64,000 bases of DNA from Auanema rhodensis (lineage: Eukaryota; Animalia; Nematoda), in the NCBI GenBank assembly GCA_964057225.1, contig OZ059896.1:2294001-2358000 (forward strand), in the 5' to 3' direction. Shown here in pieces: positions 1 to 10,529 of the stretch. Position 1 is the stretch's first letter. The number at the start of each line of letters is the position of its first letter. The notes beneath the pieces are model-generated. The model saw nothing but the letters and a program-made list of their open reading frames with translations. It ran no database searches and was not told where the DNA came from. A program made the position numbers and the translations under genes.

Positions 1-71
1 ACTATACTACATGGAGAAACGCTCAATACAAAAATTAGTTATGATCGTTTGAAAAATGATGCATTAGTGTA

Positions 72-97
72 TGTTGAGTTTCCATGTACACTCAACA
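72..97. other. 8-9-bp inverted repeat with 10-nt spacer in the conserved core (representative copy)
   Basis: TGTTGAGT-TTCCATGTAC-ACTCAACA; extends to 9 bp in the CAACATT allele. Confidence 0.88.
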
Positions 98-1333
98 ATG
101 CTTCCAAAAACATTTTGACAAAAATTTTCCCGAAAAATTTCAAAATAATTTCACAAAAAGTAGATGTTCTTAGATTCCTTTTTTCAAGACAAAGACGATG
201 GACAATGTTATTCAACGAAAAAATTAAATCTTCAGGGTGAAAATTGAGGATATAAGTGTGAACCTATATCAGTTGATATCTCGGTTCATTTTTAAGCTAG
301 CGCAAATCTGATAACACAGATCGACGCAGCTTAAAAATCCGCATCGAATGCACTATACTACATGGAGAAACGCTCAATACAAAAATTAGTTATGATCGTT
401 TGAAAAATGATGCATTAGTGTATGTTGAGTTTCCATGTACACTCAACAATGCTTCCAAAAACATTTTGACAAAAATTTTCCCAAAAAATTTCAAAATAAT
501 TTCACAAAAAGTAGATGTTTTTAGATTCCTTTTTTCAAGACAAAGACGATGGACAATGTTATTCAACGAAAAAATTAAATCTTCAGGGTGAAAATCGAGG
601 ATATAAGTGTGAACCTATATCAGTTGATATCTCGGTTCATTTTTAAGCTAGCGCAAATCTGATAACACAGATCGACGCAGCTTAAAAATCCGCATCGAAT
701 GTACTATACTATATTAAGAAACGCTCAATACAAAAATTAGTTATGATTGTTTGAAAAATGATGCATTAGTGTATGTTGAGTTTCCATGTACACTCAACAT
801 TGCTTCCAAAAACATTTTGACAAACATTTTCCCGAAAAATTTCAGAATAAATTTACAAAAAGTAGATGTTTTTAGATTCCTTTTTTCAAGACAAAGACGA
901 TGGACATTGTCATTCAACAAAAAAATTAATTCTTCACGGTGAAAATCGAGGATATAAGTGTGAACCTATATAAGTTGATATCTCGGTTCATTTTTAAGCT
1001 AGCGCAAATCTGATAACACAGATCGACGCAGCTTAAAAATCCGCATCGAATGCACTATACTACATTAAGAAACGCTCAATACAAAAATTAGTTATGATCG
1101 TTTGAAAAATGATGCATTAGTGTATGTTGAGTTTCCATGTACACACAACATTGCTTCCAAAAACATTTTGACAAAAATTTTCCCGAAAAATTTCAAAATA
1201 ATTTTACAAAAAGTAGATGTTTTTAGATTTCTTTTTTCAAGACAAAGACGATGGACATTGTCATTCAACAAAAAAATTAAATCTTCACAGTGAAAATCGA
1301 GGATATAAGTGTGAACCTATATCAGTTGATATC

Positions 1334-1400
1334 TCGGTGCATTTTTAAGCTAGCGCAAATCTGATAACACAGATCGACGCAGCTTAAAAATCCGCATCGA
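1334..1400. other. 67-nt imperfect inverted repeat present in every monomer (monomer positions 281-347; representative copy)
   Basis: TCGGTGC-ATTTTTAAGCT-A-GCG-CAA-ATCTG-[ATAACA]-CAGAT-CGA-CGC-AGCTTAAAAAT-CC-GCATCGA; stems of 7 (one G-T), 11, 3 and 5 bp. Confidence 0.9.
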
Positions 1401-1652
1401 ATGCACTATACTATATTAAGCAACGCTCAATACAAAAATTAGTTATGATCGTTTGAAAAATGATGCATTAGTGTATGTTGAGTTTCCATGTACACTCAAC
1501 ATTGCTTCCAAAAACATTTTGACAAAAATTTTCCCGAAAAATTTCAAAATAATTTCACAAAAAGTAGATGTTTTTAGATTCCTTTTTTCAAGACAAAGAC
1601 GATGGACATTGTTATTCAACAAAAAAATTAATTCTTCACGGTGAAAATCGAG

Positions 1653-1674
1653 GATATAAGTGTGAACTTATATC
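1653..1674. other. 9-bp perfect inverted repeat with 4-nt loop (monomer positions 249-270; representative copy)
   Basis: GATATAAGT-GTGA-ACTTATATC; one mismatch in the ACCTATATC allele. Confidence 0.9.
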
Positions 1675-2106
1675 AGATGATATCTCGGTGCATTTTCAAG
1701 CTAGCGCAAATCTGATAACACAGATCGACGCAGCTTAAAAATCCGCATCGAATGCACTATACTACATGGAGAAACGCTCAATACAAAAATTAGTTATGAT
1801 CGTTTGAAAAATGATGCATTAGTGTATGTTGAGTTTCCATGTACACTCAACAATGCTTCCAAAAACATTTTGACAAAAATTTTCCCGAAAAAATTCAAAA
1901 TAATTTCACAAAAAGTAGATGTTTTTAGATTCCTTTTTTCAAGACAAATACGATGGACATTGTTATTCAACAAAAAAATTAATTCTTCACGGTGAAAATC
2001 GAGGATATAAGTGTGAACCTATATCAGTTGATATCTCGGTGCATTTTCAAGCTAGCGCAAATCTGATAACACAGATCGACGCAGCTTAAAAATCCGCATC
2101 GAATGC

Positions 2107-3510
2107 ACTATACTACATGGAGAAACGCTCAATACAAAAATTAGTTATGATCGTTTGAAAAATGATGCATTAGTGTATGTTGAGTTTCCATGTACACTCA
2201 ACAATGCTTCCAAAAACATTTTGACAAAAATTTTCCCGAAAAATTTCAAAATAATTTCACAAAAAGTAGATGTTCTTAGATTCCTTTCTTCAAGACAAAG
2301 ACGATGGACAATGTTATTCAACGAAAAAATTAAATCTTCAGGGTGAAAATTGAGGATATAAGTGTGAACCTATATCAGTTGATATCTCGGTTCATTTTTA
2401 AGCTAGCGCAAATCTGATAACACAGATCGACGCAGCTTAAAAATCCGCATCGAATGCACTATACTACATGGAGAAACGCTCAATACAAAAATTAGTTATG
2501 ATCGTTTGAAAAATGATGCATTAGTGTATGTTGAGTTTCCATGTACACTCAACATTGCTTCCAAAAACATTTTGACAAAAATTTTCCCGAAAAATTTCAA
2601 AATAATTTCACAAAAAGTAGATGTTTTTAGATTCCTTTTTTCAAGACAAAGACGATGGACATTGTTATTCAACAAAAAAATTAATTCTTCACGGTGAAAA
2701 TCGAGGATATAAGTGTGAACCTATATCAGTTGATATCTCGGTGCATTTTCAAGCTAGCGCAAATCTGATAACACAGATCGACGCAGCTTAAAAATCCGCA
2801 TCGAATGCACTATACTACATGGAGAAACGCTCAATACAAAAATTAGTTATGATCGTTTGAAAAATGATGCATTAGTGTATGTTGAGTTTCCATGTACACT
2901 CAACAATGCTTCCAAAAACATTTTGACAAAAATTTTCCCGAAAAATTTCAAAATAATTTCACAAAAAGTAGATGTTCTTAGATTCCTTTTTTCAAGACAA
3001 AGACGATGGACAATGTTATTCAACGAAAAAATTAAATCTTCAGGGTGAAAATTGAGGATATAAGTGTGAACCTATATCAGTTGATATCTCGGTTCATTTT
3101 TAAGCTAGCGCAAATCTGATAACACAGATCGACGCAGCTTAAAAATCCGCATCGAATGCACTATACTACATGGAGAAACGCTCAATACAAAAATTAGTTA
3201 TGATCGTTTGAAAAATGATGCATTAGTGTATGTTGAGTTTCCATGTACACTCAACATTGCTTCCAAAAACATTTTGACAAAAATTTTCCCGAAAAATTTC
3301 AAAATAATTTCACAAAAAGTAGATGTTTTTAGATTCCTTTTTTCAAGACAAAGACGATGGACATTGTTATTCAACAAAAAAATTAATTCTTCACGGTGAA
3401 AATCGAGGATATAAGTGTGAACTTATATCAGATGATATCTCGGTGCATTTTCAAGCTAGCGCAAATCTGATAACACAGATCGACGCAGCTTAAAAATCCG
3501 CATCGAATGC
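2107..3510. repeat. Two copies of a 2-monomer (702-bp) unit
   Basis: Monomers 7 and 9 share GTTCTTAGA and AAATTGAGG; monomers 8 and 10 share CAACATTGC/TCACGG/TTTTCAAG. Confidence 0.75.
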
Positions 3511-4913
3511 ACTATACTACATTGAGGAAAGCTTAATACAAAAATTAGTTATGATTGTTTGAAAAATGATGCATTAGTGTATGTTGAGTTTCCATGTACA
3601 CTCAAAATTGCTTCCAAAAACATTTTGACAAAAATTTTTTCGAAAAATTTCAAAATAATTTAGCAAAAAGTAGATGTTTTTAGATTCCTTCTTTCAAGGC
3701 AAAAACGATGGACATTGTTATTCAACAAAAAAATTAATTCTTCACGGTGAAAATCGAGGATATAAGTGTGAACCTATATCAGTTGATATCTCGGTTCATT
3801 TTTAAGCTAGCGCAAATCTGATAACACAGATCGACGCAGCTTAAAAATCCGCATCGAATGCACTATACTATATTAAGAAACGCTCAATACAAAAATTAGT
3901 TATGATTGTTTGAAAAATGATGCATTAGTGTATGTTGAGTTTCCATGTACACTCAACATTGCTTCCAAAAACATTTTGACAAACATTTTCCCGAAAAATT
4001 TCAGAATAAATTTACAAAAAGTAGATGTTTTTAGATTCCTTTTTTCAAGACAAAGACGATGGACATTGTCATTCAACAAAAAAATTAATTCTTCACGGTG
4101 AAAATCGAGGATATAAGTGTGAACCTATATAAGTTGATATCTCGGTTCATTTTTAAGCTAGCGCAAATCTGATAACACAGATCGACGCAGCTTAAAAATC
4201 CGCATCGAATGCACTATACTACATTAAGAAACGCTCAATACAAAAATTAGTTATGATCGTTTGAAAAATGATGCATTAGTGTATGTTGAGTTTCCATGTA
4301 CACACAACATTGCTTCCAAAAACATTTTGACAAAAATTTTCCCGAAAAATTTCAAAATAATTTTACAAAAAGTAGATGTTTTTAGATTTCTTTTTTCAAG
4401 ACAAAGACGATGGACATTGTCATTCAACAAAAAAATTAAATCTTCACAGTGAAAATCGAGGATATAAGTGTGAACCTATATCAGTTGATATCTCGGTGCA
4501 TTTTTAAGCTAGCGCAAATCTGATAACACAGATCGACGCAGCTTAAAAATCCGCATCGAATGCACTATACTACATTAAGCAACGCTCAATACAAAAATTA
4601 GTTATGATCGTTTGAAAAATGATGCATTAGTGTATGTTGAGTTTCCATGTACACTCAACATTGCTTCCAAAAACATTTTGACAAAAATTTTCCCGAAAAA
4701 TTTCAAAATAATTTCACAAAAAGTAGATGTTTTTAGATTCCTTTTTTCAAGACAAAGACGATGGACATTGTTATTCAACAAAAAAGTAATTCTTCACGGT
4801 GAAAATCGAGGATATAAGTGTGAACTTATATCAGATGATATCTCGGTGCATTTTCAAGCTAGCGCAAATCTGATAACACAGATCGACGCAGCTTAAAAAT
4901 CCGCATCGAATGC

Positions 4914-7900
4914 ACTATACTACATGGAGAAACGCTCAATACAAAAATTAGTTATGATCGTTTGAAAAATGATGCATTAGTGTATGTTGAGTTTCCATGT
5001 ACACTCAACAATGCTTCCAAAAACATTTTGACAAAAATTTTCCCGAAAAATTTCAAAATAATTTTACAAAAAGTAGATGTTTTTAGATTCCTTTTTTCAA
5101 GACAAAGACGATGGACAATGTTATTCAACGAAAAAATTAAATCTTCAGGGTGAAAATCGAGGATATAAGTGTGAACCTATATCAGTTGATATCTCGGTGC
5201 ATTTTCAAGCTAGCGCAAATCTGATAACACAGATCGACGCAGCTTAAAAATCCGCATCGAATGCACTATACTACATGGAGAAACGCTCAATACAAAAATT
5301 AGTTATGATCGTTTGAAAAATGATGCATTAGTGTATGTTGAGTTTCCATGTACACTCAACAATGCTTCCAAAAACATTTTGACAAAAATTTTCCCGTAAA
5401 ATTTCAAAATAATTTCACAAAAAGTAGATGTTTTTAGATTCCTTTTTTCAAGACAAAGACGATGGACATTGTTATTCAACAAAAAAATTAATTCTTCACT
5501 ATGAAAATCGAGGATATAAGTGTGAACCTATATCAGTTGATATCTCGGTGCATTTTCAAGCTAGCGCAAATCTGATAACACAGATCGACGCAGCTTAAAA
5601 ATCCGCATCGAATGCACTATACTACATGGAGAAACGCTCAATACAAAAATTAGTTATGATCGTTTGAAAAATGATGCATTAGTGTATGTTGAGTTTCCAT
5701 GTACACTCAACAATGCTTCCAAAAACATTTTGACAAAAATTTTCACGAAAAATTTCAAAATAATTTCACAAAAAGTAGATGTTTTTAGATTCCTTTTTTC
5801 AATACAAAGACGATGGACATTGTTATTCAACAAAAAAATTAATTCTTCACGGTGAAAATCGAGGATATAAGTGTGAACCTATATCAGTTGATATCTCGGT
5901 TCATTTTCAAGCTAGCGCAAATCTGATAACACAGATCGACGCAGCTTAAAAATCCGCATCGAATGCACTATACTAGATGGAGAAACGCTCAATACAAAAA
6001 TTAGTTATGATCGTTTGAAAAATGATGCATTAGTGTATGTTGAGTTTCCATGTACACTCAACAATGCTTCCAAAAACATTTTGACAAACATTTTCACGAA
6101 AAATTTCAAAATAATTTCACAAAAAGTAGATGTTTTTAGATTCCTTTTTTCAAGACAAAGACGATGGACATTGTTATTCAACAAAAAAATTAATTCTTCA
6201 CGGTGAAAATCGAGGATATAAGTGTGAACCTATATCAGTTGATATCTCGGTGCATTTTTAAGCTAGCGCAAATCTGATAACACAGATCGACGCAGCTTAA
6301 AAATCCGCATCGAATGCACTATACTACATGGAGAAACGCTCAATACAAAAATTAGTTATGATCGTTTGAAAAATGATGCATTAGTGTATGTTGAGTTTCC
6401 ATGTACACTCAACAATGCTTCCAAAAACATTTTGACAAAAATTTTCCCGAAAAATTTCAAAATAATTTCACAAAAAGTAGATGTTTTTAGATTCATTTTT
6501 TCAAGACAAAGACGATGGACAATGTTATTCAACGAAAAAATTAAATCTTCAGGGTGAAAATCGAGGATATAAGTGTGAACCTATATCAGTTGATATCTCG
6601 GTGCATTTTCAAGCTAGCGCAAATCTGATAACACAGATCGACGCAGCTTAAAAATCCGCATCGAATGCACTATACTACATGGAGAAACGCTCAATACAAA
6701 AATTAGTTATGATCGTTTGAAAAATGATGCATTAGTGTATGTTGAGTTTCCATGTACACTCAACAATGCTTCCAAAAACATTTTGACAAAAATTTTCCCG
6801 TAAAATTTCAAAATAATTTCACAAAAAGTAGATGTTTTTAGATTCCTTTTTTCAAGACAAAGACGATGGACATTGTTATTCAACAAAAAAATTAATTCTT
6901 CACTATGAAAATCGAGGATATAAGTGTGAACCTATATCAGTTGATATCTCGGTGCATTTTCAAGCTAGCGCAAATCTGATAACACAGATCGACGCAGCTT
7001 AAAAATCCGCATCGAATGCACTATACTACATGGAGAAACGCTCAATACAAAAATTAGTTATGATCGTTTGAAAAATGATGCATTAGTGTATGTTGAGTTT
7101 CCATGTACACTCAACAATGCTTCCAAAAACATTTTGACAAAAATTTTCACGAAAAATTTCAAAATAATTTCACAAAAAGTAGATGTTTTTAGATTCCTTT
7201 TTTCAATACAAAGACGATGGACATTGTTATTCAACAAAAAAATTAATTCTTCACGGTGAAAATCGAGGATATAAGTGTGAACCTATATCAGTTGATATCT
7301 CGGTTCATTTTCAAGCTAGCGCAAATCTGATAACACAGATCGACGCAGCTTAAAAATCCGCATCGAATGCACTATACTAGATGGAGAAACGCTCAATACA
7401 AAAATTAGTTATGATCGTTTGAAAAATGATGCATTAGTGTATGTTGAGTTTCCATGTACACTCAACAATGCTTCCAAAAACATTTTGACAAACATTTTCA
7501 CGAAAAATTTCAAAATAATTTCACAAAAAGTAGATGTTTTTAGATTCCTTTTTTCAAGACAAAGACGATGGACATTGTTATTCAACAAAAAAATTAATTC
7601 TTCACGGTGAAAATCGAGGATATAAGTGTGAACCTATATCAGTTGATATCTCGGTGCATTTTTAAGCTAGCGCAAATCTGATAACACAGATCGACGCAGC
7701 TTAAAAATCCGCATCGAATGCACTATACTACATGGAGAAACGCTCAATACAAAAATTAGTTATGATCGTTTGAAAAATGATGCATTAGTGTATGTTGAGT
7801 TTCCATGTACACTCAACAATGCTTCCAAAAACATTTTGACAAAAATTTTCACGAAAAATTTCAAAATAATTTCACAAAAAGTAGATGTTTTTAGATTCCT

Positions 7901-10529
7901 TTTTTCAAGACAAAGACGATGGACAATGTTATTCAACGAAAAAATTAAATCTTCAGGGTGAAAATCGAGGATATAAGTGTGAACCTATATCAGTTGATAT
8001 CTCGGTGCATTTTCAAGCTAGCGCAAATCTGATAACACAGATCGACGCAGCTTAAAAATCCGCATCGAATGCACTATACTACATGGAGAAACGCTCAATA
8101 CAAAAATTAGTTATGATCGTTTGAAAAATGATGCATTAGTGTATGTTGAGTTTCCATGTACACTCAACAATGCTTCCAAAAACATTTTGACAAAAATTTT
8201 CCCGTAAAATTTCAAAATAATTTCACAAAAAGTAGATGTTTTTAGATTCCTTTTTTCAAGACAAAGACGATGGACATTGTTATTCAACAAAAAAATTAAT
8301 TCTTCACTATGAAAATCGAGGATATAAGTGTGAACCTATATCAGTTGATATCTCGGTGCATTTTCAAGCTAGCGCAAATCTGATAACACAGATCGACGCA
8401 GCTTAAAAATCCGCATCGAATGCACTATACTACATGGAGAAACGCTCAATACAAAAATTAGTTATGATCGTTTGAAAAATGATGCATTAGTGTATGTTGA
8501 GTTTCCATGTACACTCAACAATGCTTCCAAAAACATTTTGACAAAAATTTTCACGAAAAATTTCAAAATAATTTCACAAAAAGTAGATGTTTTTAGATTC
8601 CTTTTTTCAATACAAAGACGATGGACATTGTTATTCAACAAAAAAATTAATTCTTCACGGTGAAAATCGAGGATATAAGTGTGAACCTATATCAGTTGAT
8701 ATCTCGGTTCATTTTCAAGCTAGCGCAAATCTGATAACACAGATCGACGCAGCTTAAAAATCCGCATCGAATGCACTATACTAGATGGAGAAACGCTCAA
8801 TACAAAAATTAGTTATGATCGTTTGAAAAATGATGCATTAGTGTATGTTGAGTTTCCATGTACACTCAACAATGCTTCCAAAAACATTTTGACAAACATT
8901 TTCACGAAAAATTTCAAAATAATTTCACAAAAAGTAGATGTTTTTAGATTCCTTTTTTCAAGACAAAGACGATGGACATTGTTATTCAACAAAAAAATTA
9001 ATTCTTCACGGTGAAAATCGAGGATATAAGTGTGAACCTATATCAGTTGATATCTCGGTGCATTTTTAAGCTAGCGCAAATCTGATAACACAGATCGACG
9101 CAGCTTAAAAATCCGCATCGAATGCACTATACTACATGGAGAAACGCTCAATACAAAAATTAGTTATGATCGTTTGAAAAATGATGCATTAGTGTATGTT
9201 GAGTTTCCATGTACACTCAACAATGCTTCCAAAAACATTTTGACAAAAATTTTCCCGAAAAATTTCAAAATAATTTCACAAAAAGTAGATGTTTTTAGAT
9301 TCATTTTTTCAAGACAAAGACGATGGACAATGTTATTCAACGAAAAAATTAAATCTTCAGGGTGAAAATCGAGGATATAAGTGTGAACCTATATCAGTTG
9401 ATATCTCGGTGCATTTTCAAGCTAGCGCAAATCTGATAACACAGATCGACGCAGCTTAAAAATCCGCATCGAATGCACTATACTACATGGAGAAACGCTC
9501 AATACAAAAATTAGTTATGATCGTTTGAAAAATGATGCATTAGTGTATGTTGAGTTTCCATGTACACTCAACAATGCTTCCAAAAACATTTTGACAAAAA
9601 TTTTCCCGTAAAATTTCAAAATAATTTCACAAAAAGTAGATGTTTTTAGATTCCTTTTTTCAAGACAAAGACGATGGACATTGTTATTCAACAAAAAAAT
9701 TAATTCTTCACTATGAAAATCGAGGATATAAGTGTGAACCTATATCAGTTGATATCTCGGTGCATTTTCAAGCTAGCGCAAATCTGATAACACAGATCGA
9801 CGCAGCTTAAAAATCCGCATCGAATGCACTATACTACATGGAGAAACGCTCAATACAAAAATTAGTTATGATCGTTTGAAAAATGATGCATTAGTGTATG
9901 TTGAGTTTCCATGTACACTCAACAATGCTTCCAAAAACATTTTGACAAAAATTTTCACGAAAAATTTCAAAATAATTTCACAAAAAGTAGATGTTTTTAG
10001 ATTCCTTTTTTTAATACAAAGACGATGGACATTGTTATTCAACAAAAAAATTAATTCTTCACGGTGAAAATCGAGGATATAAGTGTGAACCTATATCAGT
10101 TGATATCTCGGTTCATTTTCAAGCTAGCGCAAATCTGATAACACAGATCGACGCAGCTTAAAAATCCGCATCGAATGCACTATACTAGATGGAGAAACGC
10201 TCAATACAAAAATTAGTTATGATCGTTTGAAAAATGATGCATTAGTGTATGTTGAGTTTCCATGTACACTCAACAATGCTTCCAAAAACATTTTGACAAA
10301 CATTTTCACGAAAAATTTCAAAATAATTTCACAAAAAGTAGATGTTTTTAGATTCCTTTTTTCAATACAAAGACGATGGACATTGTTATTCAACAAAAAA
10401 ATTAATTCTTCACGGTGAAAATCGAGGATATAAGTGTGAACCTATATCAGTTGATATCTCGGTTCATTTTCAAGCTAGCGCAAATCTGATAACACAGATC
10501 GACGCAGCTTAAAAATCCGCATCGAATGC
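4914..10529. repeat. 4-monomer HOR (1404 bp) x4
   Basis: The private variant CCCGTAAA has its T at 5397, 6801, 8205 and 9609 (spacing 1404). TCACTATG, TTCAATACAAAG and TACTAGATGG recur with the same period. Confidence 0.93.

Noticed and set aside
120-150. CENP-B box
   Set aside because: TTCG and CCCG half-motifs exist, but not with the TTCGNNNNANNCGGG spacing on either strand.
100-190. Phased A-tract intrinsic curvature
   Set aside because: A/T tracts are dense, but by eye their spacing is irregular (about 9-13 bp), so helical phasing cannot be claimed without a curvature computation.
229-235. Hammerhead ribozyme core: minus-strand CUGAAGA (plus-strand TCTTCAG) with downstream GAAA motifs; also plus-strand CTGATAA
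   Set aside because: Some animal satellites do encode hammerheads, but I could not build stem II between CUGAAGA and any GAAA. The motif is destroyed in the many TCTTCAC monomers, and CTGATAA does not match CUGANGA. An Infernal or RNAMotif search would settle it.
1-351. 5S rDNA, tRNA, snRNA or spliced-leader tandem gene unit
   Set aside because: No recognisable 5S sequence, cloverleaf or convincing Pol III A/B boxes were found.
1-351. Assignment to a named satellite (e.g. Drosophila 359-bp or Tribolium 350-360-bp families)
   Set aside because: Only length and AT content are similar; I cannot verify sequence homology without a database search.
4612-4896. 94-aa ORF
   Set aside because: Read-through caused by the single-base deletion near 4786 in one monomer.
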